Source: a virus
Virus record (IMG/VR): IMGVR_UViG_3300043395_002432
Coordinates: 64,001-128,000 of that record
Length of the DNA stretch: 64,000 bases
Reading direction: 5' to 3' (one strand)
Shown piece by piece: positions 48,368 to 56,335 of this stretch. The stretch's first letter is position 1, and each line of letters opens with the position of its first letter. Made by a program: the position numbers and the translations under genes. The notes beneath the pieces were generated by a model. That model did not search any database. It saw only the letters and a program-made list of their open reading frames with translations, and was not told the DNA's origin.

Positions 48368-48606
48368 GGCAGGAACCCCTGAAGCTCGTGGATCTCTACA
48401 GAAGGGCCGAGGTCGTCAAGCTCCGAGAGCGCAACGCGGTTGACCTCGAGCGAGTGGGAAGCGAGAGTCGCCGTCCGCCCGCGAAGGAGCCGATCCAGCA
48501 CCAATGAAACCGCGACCTCGTTGCAGCCAAGCTGCCGCAGAAGGCGCATGACCTCCTGGCTCTTGGTGGGATCGAGGATCGGGTTCGGCGTGATCAAGAT
48601 AAGCAT
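48364..48606 (-). CDS. hypothetical protein, possibly bL12-CTD-like
   Basis: VMRLLRQLG......LDRLLRG....EL..LG..VEI; similar layout to its neighbour. Confidence 0.4.
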   Translation of the reverse strand: MLILITPNPILDPTKSQEVMRLLRQLGCNEVAVSLVLDRLLRGRTATLASHSLEVNRVALSELDDLGPSVEIHELQGFLP

Positions 48607-48935
48607 TCGCCCCTCTGGAACCGCTCAATGATCCCAATCCGCTCCTGGGCGTCGAGGAGGTCTTGCGCGAGATCCTCGCGGTGGTCTTGATCCTCGACAG
48701 GGACGGCCTGATACCGTTCGACCTGCCGAAGCCACAACTGCCGGTGCGCCTCAAGGTGGCGACCCGCCACCTCCTCAAGCGTGAGAGAAGGATCGTCGAT
48801 CCCGTCGAAGGGAATCGACGGGAGTCGACGAGGAAGCTCCCCCCAGCTCACCAAGACCTCCCACGCGGAGGTGAAGCGGATCTCGACAGTGTCGGCGGAG
48901 TAGAGCCACAGAAGGTACGCCTCGAAGGGGGTCAC
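48594..48935 (-). CDS. hypothetical protein, paralog family member
   Basis: TPFEAYL...VEIRF..W...LTLEEVAG followed by coiled coil. Confidence 0.55.
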   Translation of the reverse strand: MTPFEAYLLWLYSADTVEIRFTSAWEVLVSWGELPRRLPSIPFDGIDDPSLTLEEVAGRHLEAHRQLWLRQVERYQAVPVEDQDHREDLAQDLLDAQERIGIIERFQRGECLS

Positions 48936-49174
48936 GCGACAACCAAGAGCGGGGACTCTTGGGCAGAGACCCCAAGTGAGGCGAAGCTGAGCCGCCGCTC
49001 AAGGCTCTCCTCCTTGCGATGCGCGAGGTTGACCCACTCGCCACGCGAAAGGGTCAGTGCCGCCATGTGGGCGTCGAACGCGTGGAAGCCGAGTTCGAGC
49101 AGAAGCTGCTCGACCGCAGCCTCCTTCTCGACTTCGCTCTCGAGACCAGCGGGCTTCAGGGTGAGGAGGGTCAT
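48932..49174 (-). CDS. hypothetical protein
   Basis: GGAGGAG RBS. Confidence 0.5.
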   Translation of the reverse strand: MTLLTLKPAGLESEVEKEAAVEQLLLELGFHAFDAHMAALTLSRGEWVNLAHRKEESLERRLSFASLGVSAQESPLLVVA

Positions 49175-49190
49175 GGCGTTCTCCTCCCCC

Positions 49191-49235
49191 AAGCTAAGCG
49201 CAGTAACGCGAGAGGGGCGTCAAGAACGTGTCAAG
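49191..49235 (-). promoter_or_regulatory. tandem-TGAC promoter
   Basis: TTGACA-N5-TTGACG-N21-TAGCTT. Confidence 0.6.
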
Positions 49236-49692
49236 CAGGCCATGCGTCAAGGAAGAGGCTGGGGGCGTCCGAATTCGACTCCGCAAGCTCTTCAAGCGCG
49301 ATCTCGGCGTAGCTGTCCTCAGGGTCGTCCGCAAGCGTACAGGCGAACGCGATCCCGTTGATCGTCGTATCCTGAGGATCGGGGAGCGTCTGGTTCAGGC
49401 GGGAGATAGCGTGCGTATCATACGCACGAAACACTAAAGCAGCGCGAGCCACCAAGGGATCGTTCGGCTCGATCTTCAGAAGAACCTCTGCGAATGCAGC
49501 GAACCACTTCCGACGATCCAGACAAAAGGCGAAGAGCGCCGTCTCCTCAGGCGACTCCCTCATGAGGGAACCCCACTCTCGCAGGGTCAGCCCGTCCTCC
49601 ATGCTGACGGGCCGCCCAAGGTGCTGGCTGAGGCGTACCACTCGCTCGACTTCGTTCGAACGAGAGCGAGAAAGATGCTCGACCGTGATCAT
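49231..49692 (-). CDS. hypothetical protein
   Basis: 153 aa, GAGGT RBS. Confidence 0.55.
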   Translation of the reverse strand: MITVEHLSRSRSNEVERVVRLSQHLGRPVSMEDGLTLREWGSLMRESPEETALFAFCLDRRKWFAAFAEVLLKIEPNDPLVARAALVFRAYDTHAISRLNQTLPDPQDTTINGIAFACTLADDPEDSYAEIALEELAESNSDAPSLFLDAWPA

Positions 49693-49707
49693 GTGAACCT
49701 CACCCCC

Positions 49708-49740
49708 AGCATAGGATCAGGAGAGGGGTGAGGTGTCAAG
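49708..49740 (-). promoter_or_regulatory. promoter with single TGAC box, palindrome immediately upstream
   Basis: TTGACA-N20-TATGCT. Confidence 0.55.
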
Positions 49741-49761
49741 AACCAGCGAATTCGAATTCGC

Positions 49762-52671
49762 TCAGCCCCGCTGCGGGATCTCGCATTTGTCGGTGGTGCA
49801 GTACTTCTCCCCAGAGGCTTCCGCGCCCCCCTGGTAGAAGATCCCCATGTCCTCAATCGGGCGCAGACGAGCCACATGCTCGTCGTAGACCTCCTTGGTG
49901 ACCGGAATGAACGGAGCCTGCGGGTAGATCTCCGCATCCGCGTCGTAAGGCTGGAAGGAAACCGACTTCAACTTCCCGTCGTAGAAGGCGAGAATGCGCG
50001 AAATCTGCGGCCCCTCCGTCTTGCGATCAAAGGAGAGCGAGACCGAGACGCTGTTGTCAGACCAGTCATGCTGCATCTGCGCCGCCAACGCCGCCTTCTC
50101 CCACACAGAGACCTGCTGCTCCGTGCGCTGCCAAGGCCGAAGCGCGAGCGGGAAGTACACCACCACCGTCGTGTCAGGTGACGTTACGTCAGGCTCCACC
50201 TTGTAGCCGTGAGCGCGCAAGACCTCTACCTGGGGGTTGAGGACGCTGAGCCGAATCGTCCGCAAGGTGTACGTGCTGCCAGGAAGCCAATGCACCCCTG
50301 GCGTCACACCAAAGACCAAGCCCGTCGTCCCACCCGGCTTCTCCGTCGTCACCCGAATCGACTCTCGAACGCAGAGCCACTCGGAGTAGAGCCGATCATA
50401 CCGACGAATCGCATCGTACCCATGCCGCGTCCACTCCCGAAGCTGAAGCGCACGCCCCGGAGCCTCGTCCAAGAAGTCCGCCACCCCAGAAAGCGACAGC
50501 CCAATCCGCCGATTCCGCTGCATGATCGCATTCGTCTCCCGCCAATGCGTCGACAGAAGCGTCACCGTCTTCGCATACAGGAACGCCACCTTCAAGGTGC
50601 GCTCAAGCTCCTCCTTCGAGGAATGCCGATTCAAGAACACGTCCACCAACGTGCAACACTCACCAGACTCCAGCGGCTGCTCCCCACAAGGGTTGAAGCC
50701 CTCCACACGCCAATCCCGATTGTCAGGCGGATCAGACAGGCGACCGTACTTCCGCGCCACGTCGATCCAGATCACCCCAGGCTCCCCACGCTCAATGATC
50801 TGCGGCACCAAGCCAGAGAGATCCGAACCAGACACCACCGCAGGCGAATTGTTCGACATGTAGCCCCAGCCACGACGAGGATCGTCAGGATCGGAACTCC
50901 AGAAATTCCGCTCAGGGAACCGCGAAGGATCTTTCAAATGCACGAACTCGTCCGTCATCGGCCCAATGAAGATCTCAGCGCTCCGACGCACATTCCCAGA
51001 GACGACGCACACCCCGATCAAATTCCCAATGTCCGCAATCGTCACCAAGTCCAGCAGCGTCCCAGATCGCTCAGACAAGATCTTCCGCAATTGCGCGTGC
51101 AGCCGCTGCAACGGTGCTGGCCCAGCAGCCGTCCCACCAAAGGTCTTGATCGGCTCGCCAGCAGGACGAATCAACGTGTAGTCGAACGACACCTCAGGCT
51201 GGTGCGAGATCAGGTACGAATTCAACAACAGCCGAACCGACTGAACCCACCCCTCACGGGTGTCAGGAACGACGTAGACCTCAGAAGAAGGCTGCGGCTC
51301 ATGCACCAAAAACCGACCAGCCCCCTGCGCGTCGAAGCCACAGCCAATCCCAAGCATCGACGCCTCCATGAGGAAGCAGAACGGATACGCAGGATCGTCA
51401 TGCCGCATGTCCTTGGTGCTGATGAAGGCGCAATTCGAAGTGTAGATGCCGCTGGCCAGCGTGAACCGCTCCACCCCCGGAACCACCGCACAGTACACCT
51501 CTTCCTCTTCGTCAAGCACCTCAATGGAACGCACCCTCATGAAAGAAGGCGTCTCCACGAGTGAGATCTTCCGAAGAGGGGCCGAACGAGGCCCATACTG
51601 CGTGTCGCCGCTCTGGGTGTTGATCCCAGTGACGGAGAAGCCAGCCTCAGCCGCATGCAAGATCAGCCAGTCCGCTGCCTCCTGATTCTGGGTGCTGAGG
51701 ATGAACCCACCGCAAGCAGACCTGCTGCCGTCAAGCGCAACCCAGCCACGAATGAAGGCTGCGTTGTATTCGGGAGATCGGCCCTGGGGAAGCTCCTTCA
51801 TGTTGGTGCTGCTGCGATGATAGGCGACCGGATCGCCATCACAATTCGGCTGGTAGTGATACTTGCTGAAGTAGCTCTTGTACTTCTCCTTTGCACCACA
51901 CAACCGCATGCTGTGCGAGAAATCGCCATTCTTGTACCGATAGCCGACCGATCCATCCGCAAAGATCAGCCCGTGCCGATACGCCTCCTCGTCGAACTCA
52001 AGCGAGGTCACAGGCGTGCAGGGAACAACGTCACCAACAGAGAGGCTGGTCGTCGTCGTCCCGTCTGCAAGCTCCCAACGATGATTGGGCGTCGCCACCT
52101 CAACCACTCGGTGGTTGCTCCGCACGTTGTACGGCGCGAAGCTGATCCGCTGGACAGGCTGACGCCCGAACGAACGAACCGTCGCTGGCGTCCAGCCCGA
52201 GCGCGTCCAGACCTCCACCTCCTGATCCACCAAGTCCACAAGCTCGCGGACGCCCTCTCGCGTCAGGATCGACGTGTCGCCCACGAAGCAATTCTGCAAC
52301 GCAGCGCTGTTCCGCTGCGTCATCACCAAAGGCGTCCCCATCATCCACAGCCCACGCCCAGGCGGACTCCACTTCATCGTGAAGAGCAGATCGAACGCCT
52401 CCCGAGCCGAAGTCTGCGCCTTCTTCCCATTGAACGGAATCCGGTTCTGCTTACAGTGATCCTTCTGAATGCTGTACATCCCATTGATCACACGAACACA
52501 GACGTCCAACCACGACTCCTTGGTGCCGTCCCCCTTCAAACGCGAGTACTTGTCAAGGAACGTCAACTCACCAAGCGATAATCCCGCAGGCGTGCGATAC
52601 CCAAACTCAGGCACACGCCCACGATACTGATCCACGAAGTCCTTGCTTAGCTCGAAGCTGAAGACGCTCAT
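49762..52671 (-). CDS. nrdJ: class II (adenosylcobalamin) ribonucleotide reductase with intein
   Basis: TF...YSR.K.DG.KE.W, W.PPGRGLW.MGT, L.NC, M.G.G.GF, I.D.REGW, IRP.G..IK.FGG.A.GP, CVV.GNVRRSAEI, NPCGEQ.L, RNRRIG, KP.GT, C...KC. Confidence 0.93.
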   Translation of the reverse strand: MSVFSFELSKDFVDQYRGRVPEFGYRTPAGLSLGELTFLDKYSRLKGDGTKESWLDVCVRVINGMYSIQKDHCKQNRIPFNGKKAQTSAREAFDLLFTMKWSPPGRGLWMMGTPLVMTQRNSAALQNCFVGDTSILTREGVRELVDLVDQEVEVWTRSGWTPATVRSFGRQPVQRISFAPYNVRSNHRVVEVATPNHRWELADGTTTTSLSVGDVVPCTPVTSLEFDEEAYRHGLIFADGSVGYRYKNGDFSHSMRLCGAKEKYKSYFSKYHYQPNCDGDPVAYHRSSTNMKELPQGRSPEYNAAFIRGWVALDGSRSACGGFILSTQNQEAADWLILHAAEAGFSVTGINTQSGDTQYGPRSAPLRKISLVETPSFMRVRSIEVLDEEEEVYCAVVPGVERFTLASGIYTSNCAFISTKDMRHDDPAYPFCFLMEASMLGIGCGFDAQGAGRFLVHEPQPSSEVYVVPDTREGWVQSVRLLLNSYLISHQPEVSFDYTLIRPAGEPIKTFGGTAAGPAPLQRLHAQLRKILSERSGTLLDLVTIADIGNLIGVCVVSGNVRRSAEIFIGPMTDEFVHLKDPSRFPERNFWSSDPDDPRRGWGYMSNNSPAVVSGSDLSGLVPQIIERGEPGVIWIDVARKYGRLSDPPDNRDWRVEGFNPCGEQPLESGECCTLVDVFLNRHSSKEELERTLKVAFLYAKTVTLLSTHWRETNAIMQRNRRIGLSLSGVADFLDEAPGRALQLREWTRHGYDAIRRYDRLYSEWLCVRESIRVTTEKPGGTTGLVFGVTPGVHWLPGSTYTLRTIRLSVLNPQVEVLRAHGYKVEPDVTSPDTTVVVYFPLALRPWQRTEQQVSVWEKAALAAQMQHDWSDNSVSVSLSFDRKTEGPQISRILAFYDGKLKSVSFQPYDADAEIYPQAPFIPVTKEVYDEHVARLRPIEDMGIFYQGGAEASGEKYCTTDKCEIPQRG
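51433..52290 (-). mobile_element. intein (286 aa) with LAGLIDADG-type homing endonuclease
   Basis: N|CFVGDTSILTREG, block B ATPNHRW, HGLIFADG and FIRGWVALDG, VYC..VP...F.L.SGIYTSN|C. Confidence 0.92.
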
Positions 52672-52704
52672 CCCTCTCTCCTCCAGAACTCAACCTGTAT
52701 CCCG

Positions 52705-52896
52705 TCAGATGCCTTTTTGCCCAAACGCAGAGAGCGTCACGATCCGCTCAGTGACGCCCTCCACGAACCACAAAGGAAGCTCGCATTCCACCAAGTAGAC
52801 CTCAGGGGTAGCGACCTCCACCACGAAGACCACAGAATCAGGGGAACGCTCCACACGATCCACCACCAAGAACAGGAACGCCAAGCCCTCAAGCAT
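52705..52896 (-). CDS. hypothetical protein
   Basis: 63 aa, GGAGG RBS. Confidence 0.5.
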   Translation of the reverse strand: MLEGLAFLFLVVDRVERSPDSVVFVVEVATPEVYLVECELPLWFVEGVTERIVTLSAFGQKGI

Positions 52897-52947
52897 CGAT
52901 GCCTCCCAAGGAACCCTTAGCGCCCACAGCGAACGAATTCGAATTCG

Positions 52948-53139
52948 TTACGCCAACAACGCAGCTCGCGCACCACGAAGGCGTAGCGCAGCCTGGAAGA
53001 GAAGATCAGAGGCAGCCTGCGCCTCAGCACGGAAACGCGCCGAAGTCTCCTCCTCCAACGCCTCGTCCACAGATGCCTGCGCCTCCTCCACCGACTCCAA
53101 CACCTCGCTCAACGAATCCACCAAGAAGTCAACGTCCAC
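52948..53139 (-). CDS. small acidic helical protein
   Basis: 63 aa, AGGAGGT RBS. Confidence 0.6.
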   Translation of the reverse strand: MDVDFLVDSLSEVLESVEEAQASVDEALEEETSARFRAEAQAASDLLFQAALRLRGARAALLA

Positions 53140-53152
53140 TTCTCACCTCCTT

Positions 53153-53189
53153 GAAAAAGGAAACCCCTCTCAAGCTGGAGAGGGGTTTC
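53153..53189 (-). terminator. intrinsic terminator
   Basis: GAAACCCCTCTC-CAGCTT-GAGAGGGGTTTC-CTTTTT. Confidence 0.85.
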
Positions 53190-53266
53190 GTGGCGGATCA
53201 CTCCGCGACCCGAACTTTGTTTGCTGGACAGGATTCGAGTCAGCTCTGCGAGCCACCAAGAACCTA

Positions 53267-54979
53267 TCACGAATCGCGCCGAGACGCACGCGGATCGCTC
53301 ACCAAGAGCCGCGCAATGAAGAAGTTCCCATCCTTGTCCACACGCGCCCCAGGAAGACGCCCATTCGCACCAGCAGCAAAGACCGCAGGATCAAGCGAAC
53401 CCCCACGCCCAACCACAGAGAGAAACCCTGAACCCACCAACGTCAACACAGATCGAACCTCCTCAGAAGCGTAGAACGAATCCAACGCCGAACGATCCAC
53501 AAGCGGCACCTCAAGCCCAAGCAAGATCTGAAAACCACGCTTCGACGTCTCAACCACATTCATTCGACCACTGAACAACGGATGCCCCTTCACCACCTCT
53601 CGAAACCCAGCCAAGACACGCGCCTCCTCCTCACGCCCCTCACGCGACAAAGGCGAGTAGGAACGACGCTCAAGCTGGTCAAGGTCGAACAATACATACT
53701 CCCCAGCAACCGCCTCAAACCCTGAAGGACTCAACGTCGACCACGAACCATCCCCAAGCGTGACCTCAACCTCCTCCCGATGCGTCATCTCATGTATCGA
53801 AATGTACTGATCCGGGTAGACCTGCTTTGGTGCCTCATGCGCGGCACGAGCCTCAAGACGAGCCGCCATGCTCAGATACCGATCACTCGTCTCATTCGCC
53901 GCAAACGAACGCGTCGAACGGGCCGATACAACCATCTGATCCATCACGTCCACACGCGAAGCATACCGACGACGCGCATACCGACCACCACGAGAAGACC
54001 CCTCATACACCGTCGTCCGAACCGCACCAAAACGCCTCACACGCGAACGCCAAGCCTCAATCGCCCCCTCACGCCGAATCAATCCAGACGCCCGATACCG
54101 ACCAGCACGAACCTTCCGAGCCTCGTACCAAGAAACCACAGAAGCGTCGCCAGTAGAAGGAAAGTCGAACGGTAGCTCATCCTCCATCATGACGCTTCGC
54201 TCGGGAAGATCCTCGAACGGCTCCTCTGAAGGAAGCGAAGAAGGAAGCGAGGAACGCGACGACGGAAGCACCTCCACAGGAGCGCGTGAAGGATCGAGCA
54301 GACGCACCAAGAGCTGCCCCCCCTCCTCCTTCCAGCCACCTATGGCACGACCACACGCGAAGCAGAACACCGCACGAGAACCAACCTCCAGCAACGTAGC
54401 CGAAGGCGTCCGCTCCATGCCCCCCTTGTGGATCGGACACCGAACCATGATCCCACGACCACGACGACCAGCCACGTCCTCAGGAGCAAGCACGCGCCAC
54501 TCAGAGAACCGAGAGGAACGAAGCACGGAAAGATCCAAGCCGTACCGAGTAGCACCAACACGAAGCTCCTCTCGAACCCCCCGAAGTACCTCAACCCCAA
54601 GATCCGAGAGCTGATACAACGAGCCACGATACCCAAGCAGCCGCGCATTCGAATTCGTTTCCACCAAGACCTCAGGCCCAAGCACTACGACAAGGCGCTC
54701 CAAGATCTCCCGAGCCAGCCCCTCAGAGATCCGATCTGAGCCGTCAGCCAATGCCAGAGGAAAACGACCGCTCGCGTAGTAGCGGCGACACCGATCAATG
54801 GGCTTCCCAGCCTCATGCAAGCGACAGAAGTCTGAGACCACATGGAGGAGGGCTGCAGCAACAAGGGGGCGGCGAGAAGGTCGAAGCTCGACGAAGGAGA
54901 GAAGCTCCAGAACGCAACGTCGAACGAATCGAGCGGTTCGCGTTTTTTTCGCTTGTTGAGGTGGTCTGCTAACGCTCAT
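53267..54979 (-). CDS. Zn-finger plus AEP primase-polymerase (Rep-like)
   Basis: Central CPIH...ERTPS...CFAC (CHC2-type); C-terminal LFDLD, ETSKRGFQ and D.AV......RLPG AEP motifs; N-terminal wHTH-like region. Confidence 0.7.
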   Translation of the reverse strand: MSVSRPPQQAKKTRTARFVRRCVLELLSFVELRPSRRPLVAAALLHVVSDFCRLHEAGKPIDRCRRYYASGRFPLALADGSDRISEGLAREILERLVVVLGPEVLVETNSNARLLGYRGSLYQLSDLGVEVLRGVREELRVGATRYGLDLSVLRSSRFSEWRVLAPEDVAGRRGRGIMVRCPIHKGGMERTPSATLLEVGSRAVFCFACGRAIGGWKEEGGQLLVRLLDPSRAPVEVLPSSRSSLPSSLPSEEPFEDLPERSVMMEDELPFDFPSTGDASVVSWYEARKVRAGRYRASGLIRREGAIEAWRSRVRRFGAVRTTVYEGSSRGGRYARRRYASRVDVMDQMVVSARSTRSFAANETSDRYLSMAARLEARAAHEAPKQVYPDQYISIHEMTHREEVEVTLGDGSWSTLSPSGFEAVAGEYVLFDLDQLERRSYSPLSREGREEEARVLAGFREVVKGHPLFSGRMNVVETSKRGFQILLGLEVPLVDRSALDSFYASEEVRSVLTLVGSGFLSVVGRGGSLDPAVFAAGANGRLPGARVDKDGNFFIARLLVSDPRASRRDS

Positions 54980-55103
54980 GACTCCCGTCCAGCACCTTGA
55001 AGATAGCACGGCATGGGCTTTGGTGCTGAGAAGAGGAATGAGATGAGAGACCCCCCCAGACCCCCCCCCCACCGCGAGATCAGCACCTCTACCTCCGACA
55101 TAG

Positions 55104-55165
55104 AAGTGTCTTAGTTCGGGAAGACGAAGACCCCAACGAAGGCGACTTTTCAGATCGTACTTTCG
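55104..55165. repeat. 62-bp bipartite element, copy 6
   Basis: AAGTGTCTTAGTTCGGGAA...TTTTCAGATCGTACTTTCG with the same 51-bp offset. Confidence 0.92.
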
Positions 55166-55205
55166 ACGACCACGAGGACGACTGCACCAAGCCCTGTCCA
55201 CGAAC

Positions 55206-55232
55206 GAAAAGAGGCACCCCAGGGGATGCCTC
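55206..55232 (-). terminator. intrinsic terminator
   Basis: GAGGCATCCCC-T-GGGGTGCCTC-TTTTC. Confidence 0.7.
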
Positions 55233-55249
55233 AGCGAAGTCGAATTCGC

Positions 55250-56071
55250 TCAGAACGCGGAGATCGAAGGGATCGCCTCCCGCGACCGGGCCAACGTGAT
55301 CGAGTAGCTCTGACCAGAATGCTCCCGAGCCAGCTCCGCGTACTTCCGAGCCAGCTCATGGGTATTGGTGCTGTTCGAGATATGCCCCACCACCAAGTGC
55401 CGAAGCGAGGGCGTATTCCCAACGAGAAGCCTGTAAGCCTGCTCATTGCTCAGATGCCCGTAGTCCCCGCGAATTCGCGTTCGCACCGACGACGGGTACT
55501 CTGAATTCAGGAGCATCTCAGGGTCGTGATTGAATTCCATCACCAAGATCTCGACCTCTTTCAGCCGCTCCCGAATCACCGAGGTCGCCCGACCCAGATC
55601 CGTACAGACCATTGCCGTCGAATGGCTGTTGGACACCAAGAAGCACACAGGCTCCCGAGTGTCATGCGGAACAGGGATCGCCTCAATCTTTAGGTGCTTG
55701 ACGAAGAAGACCGAACGCTCGATCACCTCTTGGCACCGAATCTTGCCCCGCTCCAGATTCTTCGACCCCTCCCACGTCCCCCGCGTAGCCCACACGTCAG
55801 GCATGCAGCCCCGGCCAGCCAACGCCCGCTGCACAACGCCAACGCCACCAACATGGTCGATATGCTCATGCGTAATGAGGATCGAATCAATCGGGTGGCG
55901 CTCTAAACCCCCAGCAGCCTCTAAGCCTTGCTGAAGCCTCATGTTCGACCCACCGCAGTCGATCAGAACGCCAGCATGATCGTCCCCTACCCAGGTGCAA
56001 TTGCCTTGCGACCCCGAGGTGAGGGAAAGAAGCCGAAGAGGCTTTGCCAGCCGAACCCCCCTCAGGCGCAT
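55250..56071 (-). CDS. MBL-fold metallo-hydrolase (YycJ/WalJ-like exonuclease)
   Basis: SGSQGN, LIDCG, THEHIDH, VPHD..EP, TDLG, EFNHD..ML...YP...RI...GHLSN, GHIS..N. Confidence 0.88.
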   Translation of the reverse strand: MRLRGVRLAKPLRLLSLTSGSQGNCTWVGDDHAGVLIDCGGSNMRLQQGLEAAGGLERHPIDSILITHEHIDHVGGVGVVQRALAGRGCMPDVWATRGTWEGSKNLERGKIRCQEVIERSVFFVKHLKIEAIPVPHDTREPVCFLVSNSHSTAMVCTDLGRATSVIRERLKEVEILVMEFNHDPEMLLNSEYPSSVRTRIRGDYGHLSNEQAYRLLVGNTPSLRHLVVGHISNSTNTHELARKYAELAREHSGQSYSITLARSREAIPSISAF

Positions 56072-56075
56072 GACG

Positions 56076-56249
56076 CTACCAGACGATCCATGCGATCACC
56101 CCCCCGATCACGAAATTCCAGAACGCCAGCCCAAGCCCCGAGAGGACGCGCCCCAGGACGCCCCGCGTCAAGAAGTTGAGGAGGCTCGCCTCCTCCGCAC
56201 TCAGCTCGCCCGCCCCGTAGTCCACCCCAGCCCGAAATTCCTGACACAT
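56076..56249 (-). CDS. small membrane protein (57 aa)
   Basis: Translated by hand: MCQEFRAG...LGLAFWNFVIGGVIAWIVW; GGAGG RBS. Confidence 0.5.
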   Translation of the reverse strand: MCQEFRAGVDYGAGELSAEEASLLNFLTRGVLGRVLSGLGLAFWNFVIGGVIAWIVW

Positions 56250-56270
56250 GAAGACCTCCGTCGCCCCCTG

Positions 56271-56314
56271 AAGCTAACCCCAACCCCTCAGAGATCTTGT
56301 CAAGAACGTGTCAG
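56271..56314 (-). promoter_or_regulatory. tandem-TGAC promoter abutting a palindrome copy
   Basis: CTGACA-N5-TTGACA-N21-TAGCTT. Confidence 0.6.
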
Positions 56315-56335
56315 CGAAGTCGAATTCGTTCCTGC

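Noticed and set aside
54980-55201. Shared peptide RKYDLK...PELRHS in ORFs 4282-4509, 32256-33041, 33060-33278 and 53267-55201
   Set aside because: It is simply the translation of the DNA repeat; better starts with RBS lie downstream.
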